IMG/VR virus record: IMGVR_UViG_3300045988_167691 | Source: a virus | Reading direction: 5' to 3' (one strand) | Length of the DNA: 64,000 nucleotides | Part shown: in pieces, positions 16,601 to 25,432 of the stretch | How the letters are laid out: the number at the start of each line of letters is the position of its first letter | Position numbering within the stretch: the first letter of the stretch is position 1 | Program-made: the position numbers and the translations under genes | Notes under the pieces: generated by a model | Seen by the model: only the letters and a program-made list of their open reading frames with translations | Told to the model about the DNA's origin: nothing | Database searches by the model: none

Positions 16601-19600
16601 CTTCCTTTCTATAAATATTGATATCTGGATTTGCATAAGCAGGCGTTATCTGAAATATAATGCTATACTTCACGTAATCAGTAAGGTCAATATCAACCTG
16701 TTTCGCTTGTAATCCAACTTCAAAGCTGCCGTCCGGTACATCTATCAAATCAGAATTATTGCTTTCGTCAGTCGGGATCGAATAAGTATAGCTCCCCTCC
16801 GGTAAAGAAATAGTAGCTATTCCACTTTGATTAGTAACGATCGTTTGGGGAAGAACCCTTTGTGTCGCACTATTTACTACAATCTTAACATCTGACTTGA
16901 CACTGTTACTTACTATTGTCTTAAACGTGACAATAGCTCCCCGTATCATCGTTATACTTACACTCGTTTCAGCTTCGTTTACCCTTACCGTGCCGTTCCC
17001 AGATTGATAACCTTCCTTCGAATAGGTGTATGAATGTGTACCTGTAGAAAGATTTGTTTTTGCTGTACCATCCTGTGTTGTTGTGATTGTTTCTGCGTTA
17101 TCTATAACAATTTTAGCACCATCAACAAAACCTCCTTCTTCGTCTTTTACAGTAAATGTCGTTTCAAACCCAAAAACCAGTTCAACTGCTTTTTCTTGGT
17201 CGGCATCCTGTATGCTGCCTACACCTTCTTCTGGTGAGTATCCTGCAAGTAACGCACCCCAATCATAAGCACCGTTTATTACCTGTACAGGGTCAGTCGT
17301 ACCATCGTCTTTTGTTTTGAGGCTTACAGTGTTCCCACTTAATATGGCTGCACCACTCACACTGACGGCTACATCCTTTAATCCTGATTTTCCTGCGGCA
17401 GTCACTTTAAAGGTAAGATTCCATATCTTCTTTAAAATCTGTGTAAACGTTTCCTCTTTTGTTACTTCAAAAGGTAGTTCTTCACCCTTATACCCTTCTT
17501 TTGAAAATGTAGCCGTGTATCGCCCTGCTTTCAATTTTAAAGTAGCTTCACCATTTGTTCCGGTAACAAGAGCTTCTTCTTTACCGGAAATCCCAATAGA
17601 TACGCCTTGCAAAAGATTGGGGGAACTCATATTGTCTTTTGCAATAAACGTAATATTGTAAGACATAGGAACAAGCTGCACCAGCACATCTTTATTGCTG
17701 CCAGAAACCGATATGCTACCTTGTGTCTGTACATATCCGTCTTTTGTTACAGTGTAAGGGTAATCTCCATCAGAAAGACGAACTGTTACCAATCCACCCT
17801 GCGAAGTCTGATAGTCCTTTTCGTTGATATGAATATTAGCGTTTTCAATTGCAACACCTTCATCTGTCTGTACAGTAAATACAATATCGTATTTCTTGTA
17901 CTCCATATTTACAGGGAAAGACGGAATATCCGCACTTACAACTTCCAGCTCGCCTAAATAATCGTCCATACCATTGGCAACCACCGTAAACGGATATGTA
18001 CCATTTTTTAACTGCAAGGACACCTCACCATTATCCTGTGTCTGATAAGACGTTGCATTTATCTCCACTGTAGCCCCCTTAATAGGTTCTTTCAATGGAT
18101 TTTTTACCGTCATTATGACATTGTAAAGTCTTGCCTTTAAACTTATTACACTACTGTTATCACTGTCAAGAACAGTAACCGAAGAACTGCCGTCATAATA
18201 TCCCGACTTTGTTACGGTATAAGGATATGTCCCGTTTTGAAGGCTTGCAACAGCTTGACCTCTTTCATTTGTAGGATAAGAAGAGCCATTGATATTTACT
18301 GCTGCTCCTTGTGCCGGACTACTGTTATCACTGTTCTTGACAGTGATAACCACATTATAATGTTTCAATACAAGGGTTCTTCGAATTAATGTATCCTGTC
18401 CTTCTACGTTGAACGATCCGGTCAAATCATCATATCCCTTTTTCTGCACGGTGTAGCTGTAATTTCCACTCTTTAATTTTATAGTAGCTTGTCCAGAACC
18501 GTTTACATTCAATACTCCCGGCTGTCCTTCTATTTTGATTGTAGCTCCTTCTGCCGGATTCCCCTGATTTACCTGCGAAATATTAAATTCCACATTGTAT
18601 AAAAAGAAATCCATCTCAAAGGTAACGTCCGCATTCTGGTTGTTGACCTTAATTTCCCCCTGTAAAGTATCATACCCTGTCTTTTCGATTGTTACAGGAT
18701 ATTCACCATTTACAAGTGGTATTTCCACCTCTCCATGCTGGCTCGTAAGATATTCTCCATTGTTCACCTTTACAATGACATTCGGTATAAGCTGATTTTC
18801 CTTATCCTTTACAATGACAGTAATCGTCCATACCTTAAATTCCAATTCAGGATATACTTCTTTATCTCTACCATCCACAACTACACTGCCGGAATACTCA
18901 TCATATCCCAACTTTTCAATAGTGTAGGGATAGTTCCCGTTCCTTGCGGACAAAGAAGCCACACCTTGCAAATTGGTAGTGGTTGTTCTGTTATCCATCG
19001 TTACATTTGCATAAGGAACAACCCCTCCCTTTTCGTCCGTCATATGGAAAGTGACCGTATAAGGAGCTAAAACCATTTGTACATCAATGAAAACACTACC
19101 GTTCAACACTACAAACATTCCTTCTGCGGGGATATATCCCGAAGCGGAAACAATATATTCATACTGTCCGTTTGCAAGTTGGATAATAGCTTGTCCGTTG
19201 TCATTAGTTACAACCGCATTGTTTCCTATAGAAATATTTGCACCCTCAACAGGTCTCCCATCCGAATCTGTTACATTGAAATAAACCTCTTGATAAAGGT
19301 TAAGTGAACTGTCATTAATACCCACAAACAAATCTTCCGATTCTGCCGGATAGAATAGTGGTGAAAGGTTGCTGTCAGAATCGTACAAAACATTGCCGTC
19401 TTGATCTCGCATAACGAACCCTCTGATACGCGGTAACTGGTTTGCCGGAACTTGCTGGTCGTAATACGGAAAAAAGTATTCGTCCGGCACATATTTTACA
19501 CCATCGGTCTTTTTTACAATATCCAGCAAATCGTCCCATTCTACGATTTTTCCAGGTGTCCAAAAACGAAAATCAAGATATTTAGTAAGGCTCACTTGTA

Positions 19601-20507
19601 TGTTCTGACGCACAGTAGACACATCGTAATCCGGTTGAAGCTGAACACGGAAATCCAACCCCCTTTCTGAACCCACATAGAACCAATCAATATTCTTGAT
19701 ACCAATACCAACTACTTTCCCTTCAATATTCAGTTCTGAAATACCAAAATATCCTTGTGCGCTTTCAAGAAGTGTATCAAGTTCTTCTTCGGTAAAGAAA
19801 ATACCGTTCTGCGAAACAACATAGAGATTATATATGCCCTTTTCGTCCAGACCGGCACTCATTACTTTTAAGACACGATCGTCTATGTTGCTAAGTGTCT
19901 GTGTCCAGTATTCTATTGTATTCTTGCTAAGGATATTCAGATTGTTCTTAATACGGATTCTAAACGTTTCATCATCCTCACTATCACGTCCTCCAATAGC
20001 ATAATATTCATTCGTACATTCGATATGACCTTGTGGCTGCGGAGAAACATTAGTAATGCTATTAGGCGGTACGTTTGTGGAATACCCTGCGTTGATACTT
20101 CTTACCTTTACATATCCGTAACCACTTTCCCCTACAGTCAATGCTTCGTCAACTTGGAAACGAATACCGTTCTTGTTCACAAAAGTAACGTCAGTACCAT
20201 ACACAGTACCAGGATCAGCAGACACCCTTATATATGTCGAAGAACCCAAAGCACCTTTACGCGGGCTGACACCATACAAAGCAGCAGCCTTATCCAGATA
20301 AACGCCTGTAGCTGTATCTGGAAATATCTGCGCTTCCTTTATGGCAATATCCTTCATTGCCTTTTGAGCAACTTTCGCTACACCGAATGCCGTAGCATTC
20401 ACAACCGAACCGTCAGCTACATTACTTACCTTGGCAGTCTTATCCAAAAACATCTCTATAAAGAGATTTTTCAAATTGGTTATCGTTGCACTTGTTTTTG
20501 TAATCAT
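13614..20507 (-). CDS. baseplate J (Mu gp47 / P2 gpJ / T4 gp6)-like protein fused to a long repeat-domain fibre, with an exchangeable Gly-rich C-terminal tip
   Basis: 2297 aa. The N-terminal ~200 aa show the Baseplate_J pattern (...VYLDKAAALYGVSPRKGALGSSTYIRV...GGRDSEDDETFRIRIKN). At least 13 consecutive ~85-90-aa carboxypeptidase-regulatory-like repeats follow, with ~4 more after an unrelated ~350-aa domain. The C-terminal ~260 aa lie inside the IR-bounded segment. Confidence 0.8.
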   Translation of the reverse strand: MITKTSATITNLKNLFIEMFLDKTAKVSNVADGSVVNATAFGVAKVAQKAMKDIAIKEAQIFPDTATGVYLDKAAALYGVSPRKGALGSSTYIRVSADPGTVYGTDVTFVNKNGIRFQVDEALTVGESGYGYVKVRSINAGYSTNVPPNSITNVSPQPQGHIECTNEYYAIGGRDSEDDETFRIRIKNNLNILSKNTIEYWTQTLSNIDDRVLKVMSAGLDEKGIYNLYVVSQNGIFFTEEELDTLLESAQGYFGISELNIEGKVVGIGIKNIDWFYVGSERGLDFRVQLQPDYDVSTVRQNIQVSLTKYLDFRFWTPGKIVEWDDLLDIVKKTDGVKYVPDEYFFPYYDQQVPANQLPRIRGFVMRDQDGNVLYDSDSNLSPLFYPAESEDLFVGINDSSLNLYQEVYFNVTDSDGRPVEGANISIGNNAVVTNDNGQAIIQLANGQYEYIVSASGYIPAEGMFVVLNGSVFIDVQMVLAPYTVTFHMTDEKGGVVPYANVTMDNRTTTTNLQGVASLSARNGNYPYTIEKLGYDEYSGSVVVDGRDKEVYPELEFKVWTITVIVKDKENQLIPNVIVKVNNGEYLTSQHGEVEIPLVNGEYPVTIEKTGYDTLQGEIKVNNQNADVTFEMDFFLYNVEFNISQVNQGNPAEGATIKIEGQPGVLNVNGSGQATIKLKSGNYSYTVQKKGYDDLTGSFNVEGQDTLIRRTLVLKHYNVVITVKNSDNSSPAQGAAVNINGSSYPTNERGQAVASLQNGTYPYTVTKSGYYDGSSSVTVLDSDNSSVISLKARLYNVIMTVKNPLKEPIKGATVEINATSYQTQDNGEVSLQLKNGTYPFTVVANGMDDYLGELEVVSADIPSFPVNMEYKKYDIVFTVQTDEGVAIENANIHINEKDYQTSQGGLVTVRLSDGDYPYTVTKDGYVQTQGSISVSGSNKDVLVQLVPMSYNITFIAKDNMSSPNLLQGVSIGISGKEEALVTGTNGEATLKLKAGRYTATFSKEGYKGEELPFEVTKEETFTQILKKIWNLTFKVTAAGKSGLKDVAVSVSGAAILSGNTVSLKTKDDGTTDPVQVINGAYDWGALLAGYSPEEGVGSIQDADQEKAVELVFGFETTFTVKDEEGGFVDGAKIVIDNAETITTTQDGTAKTNLSTGTHSYTYSKEGYQSGNGTVRVNEAETSVSITMIRGAIVTFKTIVSNSVKSDVKIVVNSATQRVLPQTIVTNQSGIATISLPEGSYTYSIPTDESNNSDLIDVPDGSFEVGLQAKQVDIDLTDYVKYSIIFQITPAYANPDINIYRKEAPGTVIDSGKASSGVATFQNRNGNYTYTATKDGYLDFSGEFTVSNGQADISFEMKQISDVQFTVKVEDENTAIENAVVTMVDRNNSSNKYKGTTNSSGVAIMTFDGGEFEWSQDSDADFSGCPVFQEDEKYLVPSEGVTTDQLKTYFPNGVIVSPLTIVQDKDNGGITESLTRIYNSNKIDGWEGSWDKTKKNLTLTSVIKTSTASTETYVLFNVDAGLIGFSNGLFQIGTEKTVDYHKALDFGFKVSGVPSNLKIVITYGSQNAPLTVEMENDVIQRFQLSDLLLDTKTIGNPTIWSVYVQSFDGGTLSADDLKDLNITFSFYGKKVKSSDIPENKVLYGSYDYVVTPPLPLQPKKGFMSVHLPSVNQEVFISSTTTLLFLVYGGDSGTTFLEGARITVSETDGKIYSGTTGQDGVARINVPLGQSFSYEVAADGYMTATGETGVISEIKSISVTLEKGVSVTVTVRENTSSGSPVSGAKVTAENGNVKVTGVTNSQGNAVLTVKSGSNIFTVEKSGYENTVYSDYVTSSKEINISLKKIYSALNVQVRRVGQMQGMPSQIQLKDSTGLEVIQTKNITTTVTFANVAYGQYILYVPEGDFSKETSQSITVNSEGMQVQVNLTPLYMVQVKVNPTGGNVEFTDSEGQKHTGSAGPATYTARFDKIPAGNYQIKITSSGFSDFSTTGSISGVYQTSVNLEYTLTKPNKLVQITSDQSNYQLDTSYKYVSLLIVGRGGEKFEYWDSWNEFVLMGGTTGQIVYIPNILMSDISNGQINKITFSSIPNTGSWTEGTEYSIRLGITTYECRAYNGKGNAQNDADLPMPQGSRLGNYSVYNAKSSGGFAAHMIGTFYCSGSPGSQNAKEETYPSTGLRIQPDGAPGGDGKYGFKSSYEDTVLGKVTKPIQSSVVIPVQSIFGGTSKGGAGYLNTLSGQRTGASAYGGAGYGDSYFTSPDGGKTRIAGYGSGEESSPADDDAGNITRPGEGIFCIYYHNEPI
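14394..14460. repeat. inverted repeat, right arm (IR-R), 67 bp, perfect
   Basis: See IR-L. This arm lies inside the 2297-aa ORF at ...ITSDQSNYQLDTSYKYVSLLIVGRGG|EKFEY... Confidence 0.95.
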
Positions 20508-20518
20508 CTGAATATCAA

Positions 20519-21427
20519 TTATATAGGAACATTTACTAAATAATCTTTCTTTGTTACCGTTTTACATTGCAAAGAAAGGAACACGGCATCTTCCTCTCTT
20601 TTTACATCCATCAACTCCACAGAGTCCCATCTTGAATCCCTTTGGAACATATTCATTACATCCTTAAAAATAGAAGGGTACTGGATTGCGTTCACCGTTG
20701 TTCCTATGAACTCATTTGCAATTCCATAATCCTTAAACTCTGGTATACAACCTTTCTGTGCTGACAAAATAGCATCAAGAGCTTGCTTTATCGCATCATC
20801 TCCCACTACTATTTTCAAATCATTATTCTCAAACACAAAATTAAGGTCTATATCTCTTCCCAATATGTTTTCTCCTACCAGCACATCCACTACCGTATCA
20901 AGATAATTTCCTCCAATGTTTCTAAGATTGACGTAGAACCTGTTCCCTCCATCTGAAAAAGAATAATCTGTTTCTTCTATATACTGCGGAATGGTAATAT
21001 CCATCCAATCGTCTTCCGGGTTCTCACTATTAAGTTGTCTTGCCACATCTTCAAACCGCTCTCCCGTCCGAAGTGTCTTTTCAAGCTGTAAAGTATTGTT
21101 CTTGTCCAAAGAGGAACTGCGAAGCCACCTTGCAGAACTCTTTATAGTGGAAAGTTTGGTCTGTGTTTCAGTAAAATTATCCAAAATATCCCACATGGAA
21201 ATATCATCCAAAGTGTTTTCATGTAGGATAAACAAAGGTTCAATAGTTTCTGATTCCTTTGTAAGTTCCACAAGACGTAAAAAAGAATCCTTGTCCACCT
21301 CTCCGCCGTTGCTATAGTAGTCAACAATCAAAGGATAGTCGTTGGTACAGAAATCCACAAACTTTTGAAAATAGGATTTAATGTCGTACCCTGTTATGTT
21401 ATAAAATTTTTCAAACGCTTTATCCAT
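20519..21427 (-). CDS. baseplate wedge protein with a gp25/GpW-like C-terminal domain
   Basis: It sits immediately upstream of the baseplate-J gene, as in Mu/P2. IKQALDAILSAQKGCIPEFKDYGIANEFIG resembles the gp25-family motif (I.qsi..iL.T..GER...P.fG). The start is set at the internal ATG 21427, which removes the 47-nt overlap of the maximal ORF (to 21466). Confidence 0.5.
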   Translation of the reverse strand: MDKAFEKFYNITGYDIKSYFQKFVDFCTNDYPLIVDYYSNGGEVDKDSFLRLVELTKESETIEPLFILHENTLDDISMWDILDNFTETQTKLSTIKSSARWLRSSSLDKNNTLQLEKTLRTGERFEDVARQLNSENPEDDWMDITIPQYIEETDYSFSDGGNRFYVNLRNIGGNYLDTVVDVLVGENILGRDIDLNFVFENNDLKIVVGDDAIKQALDAILSAQKGCIPEFKDYGIANEFIGTTVNAIQYPSIFKDVMNMFQRDSRWDSVELMDVKREEDAVFLSLQCKTVTKKDYLVNVPI

Positions 21428-22202
21428 TGCCCAACAAACCTTTTGAAAGTGAACTTGCGAACTCATTTACACCTTTTTGGATCACATTGGAAGCACATGC
21501 AGACACCAAAGAACCTTTAGCTCCCTTAGTTCCCAAAACAGCTTCCATAGGAGCAATAACAGTCATTTCAAGATTATATTCCCAAATCATGTTCTTTGAT
21601 ACATTTTGACTGAAAGTAATCCCTCTTGGCGGAATGGTAACCAAATAGCTTTCACCAAATGCCATGTTATAAAAATATAGCTTCATAGGGAAACCCAGAC
21701 TATCCACACCGTTACTTTTGTCTATGATAGACTGCAATATTTTTATACAACCGTATCCTGTTTTTATTCCTACATCAAAAGAAGGCATTTTTAAAGAACT
21801 TGTGCTCTTACCTTGCAACTGATACAAATAGCGTTTTCCGGCAGATATACTGAAAGCTGCACCTGTCAAGGAAACACTATCAGAACCGGATAGAAGAATC
21901 TTGAATGTCCTACCGAAGTTCCCTTTTATGGATATTGACTGTGGTGTAAACACCGGAGAAGTAAGAACCGTTATGCCACCTGCCGTATTAACTACTGTAG
22001 TTCTTTTCGGTTCACTCTTGTCTATGCTTTCCGGGCTGATGGGGAAAGTAAAGACATCAATCGTATTGTCCTTAGAATCTGTCAATTCCAAAGAACACAT
22101 ATACACTTCAAAATCATTCGGGAATTGCGTTGCCATCATGGAACGTCCCAAATTTTTAAGCGTTGACTTTGCTGTTTTTACTACTGAATCCAAAACTGCC
22201 AC
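21420..22202 (-). CDS. baseplate / tube-initiator-like protein (hypothetical)
   Basis: 260 aa between the spike and the gp25-like gene. The call is mainly by position. Confidence 0.35.
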   Translation of the reverse strand: MAVLDSVVKTAKSTLKNLGRSMMATQFPNDFEVYMCSLELTDSKDNTIDVFTFPISPESIDKSEPKRTTVVNTAGGITVLTSPVFTPQSISIKGNFGRTFKILLSGSDSVSLTGAAFSISAGKRYLYQLQGKSTSSLKMPSFDVGIKTGYGCIKILQSIIDKSNGVDSLGFPMKLYFYNMAFGESYLVTIPPRGITFSQNVSKNMIWEYNLEMTVIAPMEAVLGTKGAKGSLVSACASNVIQKGVNEFASSLSKGLLGNG

Positions 22203-22256
22203 GGCTATAGATATTTAAATTGTTTATCAAAAATACAAACTTTTCTTCGCAACTCC

Positions 22257-23261
22257 TTATCCCTGTGTTATTTTTTCATTCTCATAATCAGAAGCATTGA
22301 AAGATTGTGCCGACTGCATGGGAAAAGTTACAGGTACAGGTGCAGGACTTGGTACGCCTGCTGTTGCTCCCACAAGAAAAGAACCTGCTGGTACATTATG
22401 AGTATGAGAATTGAATGTATTTACAAACGTATTCAGCTTGCTTGTAAGATTATCCAATTCCACCAATCCTTTCAATCCACCACCATTAAACTCAATTATA
22501 TCATTGTTCATTTTGAGTGTAGAAGCTCCTGTTTTCAAGTCCAATTGTTCTTTGGTTATTGTACTTTGTACATTATCCCCTATTTTGACCATAACACCTG
22601 TATTATCCACCTGTAGGGATTGCTCCATTTCTTCTGTTTTCCAATGGAAAGAAACCTTTTCCAAATCCATAGAAACACGTCTTTCTTCTTCCTCCGGTTT
22701 TTCAGGGTTTACGACTTTCGCTTCCATTTGAGTATAACTCTTTACAGAAACCATTTCTCCACCCAACACATTCACGCTTCCAGTTGATTCAACGTTTACT
22801 TCCGATTCTAAAGAACCTGTTGACCTAACGCTGACGGAAGCCTTTTCAGGGGAATTAATAGAAACCATAATTGTGTTGTCGCTCGGATTGACCACCAAAG
22901 AAGCTGTTACATTCCCTACCGTCTTTCTAAATTGAAAAGTATTTTCTTTCCACATAGGAGACTGATCGTTTCTGCAATAACTACCTATCACAATAGGGAT
23001 ACCGTCATACGGATTGCTTGCCAACACAACTGCCGACCCTTGCTCATTTTCTTTTGAAGGAAACTCGATATTTGCCAATACTTCGTTTGTGATATACACA
23101 TCCCTAAAGAAAGCTCCACCATTGCCCATAACAGAAACGCGTCCTGTTCGCAAACAAGTTTCCACATACAAATCCCTATCCACTCCGTTAGGAATAACTA
23201 TAAACCCGAATGAAATGGGTTCAGAAGAGCCGTTTAATTTTCTTGTTTTTCCTCCTGCCAT
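22257..23261 (-). CDS. baseplate central spike (P2 gpV / Mu gp45-like)
   Basis: 334 aa. It has an N-terminal OB-like region and a beta-helix-like repetitive middle (VNVESTGSVNVLGGEMVSVKS). A C-terminal SHTHNVPAG His-x-His motif (22398..22406) resembles the metal-binding apex of gpV-type spikes. Confidence 0.5.
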   Translation of the reverse strand: MAGGKTRKLNGSSEPISFGFIVIPNGVDRDLYVETCLRTGRVSVMGNGGAFFRDVYITNEVLANIEFPSKENEQGSAVVLASNPYDGIPIVIGSYCRNDQSPMWKENTFQFRKTVGNVTASLVVNPSDNTIMVSINSPEKASVSVRSTGSLESEVNVESTGSVNVLGGEMVSVKSYTQMEAKVVNPEKPEEEERRVSMDLEKVSFHWKTEEMEQSLQVDNTGVMVKIGDNVQSTITKEQLDLKTGASTLKMNNDIIEFNGGGLKGLVELDNLTSKLNTFVNTFNSHTHNVPAGSFLVGATAGVPSPAPVPVTFPMQSAQSFNASDYENEKITQG

Positions 23262-23263
23262 GA

Positions 23264-25429
23264 TTAGCTAAACATTTTTCTGTTAAGGAAATAATCGAAT
23301 TGATCTTTATCTACTTTAGGCATGACAAGTGTTGCTATCTTTCCTGCCTCCGCCTGTTTTGCTGCATTCCTTATTTCCGTCAAATCAATCAATTTGAAAT
23401 AATCCGGTTTGACATCTTTGCTTTCTTCTCCGGCATTGTCTTTCCTATCCTTTACATTCGAGAAAGAATTGGAAAGAATTGGCATATACATACCCCTTTC
23501 CACTTGTACAATCGTCTGTCTTTGTAAATTACCATCCAAAAACGAAACGTTGTTGACAACTGAAGAAACATAAAAGAACTCATTTGTCGGTTCAAAATAA
23601 ATAAACGTGCCAACCTTTATTCTTCTGTCCCCGTTTATCGTGATAGTCCCTGTCCTTGTGAACGGCAAATAAGCCGTTGATTCCATAATGTAAATCAAAT
23701 CATTTGTTGCTGCTGCTTGGAAATTCGCAAGAGATTGGGTTGCTTTCACTCCCTCTGTTTCCTTGTAGTTCAAATATTGATCCGTAAAGGACATTTTCTT
23801 GTTTCCAAAAACTTCTGCATACTCACTCAAATACACAATAGGAACAAAAGCAAGGCTTGTTGTGTTGTTCTGTCCTGCATGATTACTCATTACCCTTAAC
23901 TGATACCAAGAATAACTTCTCGTATCATAAGACAAATCATATCCGTATGTATTTTCAGTCTTAACTGTGATGTACTGCCCGTTCTTATATGCACCCAAAA
24001 TAGCATCTTTGTTGAATGGTGGTTGCCTTACAACAAGATCTATCGTGTTGACGTAAGTATCAAAATAAAACTCGACCAAAGGAAATTGACAAACTCTGTT
24101 CATGTATTCCAAAAGTGTACCGTTCGGATTGGCAATAGAAGAATCTATGAGCACTCTTTTTTCAAGCACATCTTCCACAAACACTTTGAATATTTGCCAA
24201 ATACCGTTTACCGACTGTTTTTCTTTGACACCCAAGTCATAACTTTTTGTTCTTTTGTCCTGCCATGAATCGAATACATTGTTTTTCGCTACCCCTATAT
24301 TAGACATCACATTCACAATAAACCAAATACATTCCCTAATAGGTTTCATTTGGTATGACCATAAAAGATTAGAGAATGCACCTGTAAGAACATTTCTTTT
24401 GAACCAAATGCTATCCTCGTTCATCTCATACCAATGAGAAAACGTATCGGTTACATTGAGTAAAGGAATGAAATAACAACCATCATCTGAAAACAATTTA
24501 TTTATATCACGACCTTCTATTGTGATAGATTTAGTGTTCCCTTGCGCTTCATAAGATGTAGTGCAAGTATCCACAAACCCTATCATATCCCAAATATTGT
24601 TTCTCGCCACTTTGGAAATAGGAATTTCAAGCTCTACGCGTTTCCCTGTCTCCAGCTCTCCTTTATTTTTTTCTTTTTGCAGACGTTCAAAACGTATAAA
24701 AACAATATCGTTATTCTGAATAAACTTTTCTTGAAACGGTTTTACCTGTGCTCCCGTATTGGAAACTACATTAAACTGCTCCAAAACAGAATCCCCAAAT
24801 TTGAACGAACTTCCATTAAAGTAAAACGGTGCAAGTAAAACACTGAACTCCCCTGTTTGTTTAGATTTGGTTGTAACCACTTGCAGTACATAAGGAGATA
24901 AATCAATCACTTTATCAATGGACTTTACATAAATCCATATCCTTACATTCATGGAGATAATTTTGGCATTCACACCCGTTCCATTCAAAGCAGAAGTCAC
25001 ATTTGTATCGGGCAAATATTCTTCATCACTTATCAGTTCTTCGTAATTATCTCCCCAATAAGCCTTAAAATTCTGCTGCGAAACAAACTGCCCTTCTTTT
25101 GCTGCTTTTACAAGAGAAATAGGTGTATCTCCTTTTGGACAGAATACAGTTGTTCCTTGTTTTATATAAGGCAACGTACCGGAATCATAATCACTTTTAT
25201 ATTTGTTCTGTTCTTCCTTATCGTATGTTCCCCAAATAATATCAAGGTTAGAAATACCTTTTTCGTTCTTTACCTTCATCAAATCAGAAGGTGTATATCT
25301 TTTCGTACCGGTAGGAACATATTTTTGCCATACATTTATAAAATCCTGTACGGTTGAATATTTGTATGCCGGAATAGGATAAACTGGTGGCGTACTTTGT
25401 TCTTTCTTATTTTTCTTATCCTGTGCCAT
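23264..25429 (-). CDS. baseplate hub / distal tail protein (hypothetical)
   Basis: 721 aa directly downstream of the tape measure gene. The call is by position only. Confidence 0.4.
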   Translation of the reverse strand: MAQDKKNKKEQSTPPVYPIPAYKYSTVQDFINVWQKYVPTGTKRYTPSDLMKVKNEKGISNLDIIWGTYDKEEQNKYKSDYDSGTLPYIKQGTTVFCPKGDTPISLVKAAKEGQFVSQQNFKAYWGDNYEELISDEEYLPDTNVTSALNGTGVNAKIISMNVRIWIYVKSIDKVIDLSPYVLQVVTTKSKQTGEFSVLLAPFYFNGSSFKFGDSVLEQFNVVSNTGAQVKPFQEKFIQNNDIVFIRFERLQKEKNKGELETGKRVELEIPISKVARNNIWDMIGFVDTCTTSYEAQGNTKSITIEGRDINKLFSDDGCYFIPLLNVTDTFSHWYEMNEDSIWFKRNVLTGAFSNLLWSYQMKPIRECIWFIVNVMSNIGVAKNNVFDSWQDKRTKSYDLGVKEKQSVNGIWQIFKVFVEDVLEKRVLIDSSIANPNGTLLEYMNRVCQFPLVEFYFDTYVNTIDLVVRQPPFNKDAILGAYKNGQYITVKTENTYGYDLSYDTRSYSWYQLRVMSNHAGQNNTTSLAFVPIVYLSEYAEVFGNKKMSFTDQYLNYKETEGVKATQSLANFQAAATNDLIYIMESTAYLPFTRTGTITINGDRRIKVGTFIYFEPTNEFFYVSSVVNNVSFLDGNLQRQTIVQVERGMYMPILSNSFSNVKDRKDNAGEESKDVKPDYFKLIDLTEIRNAAKQAEAGKIATLVMPKVDKDQFDYFLNRKMFS

Positions 25430-25432
25430 AAA

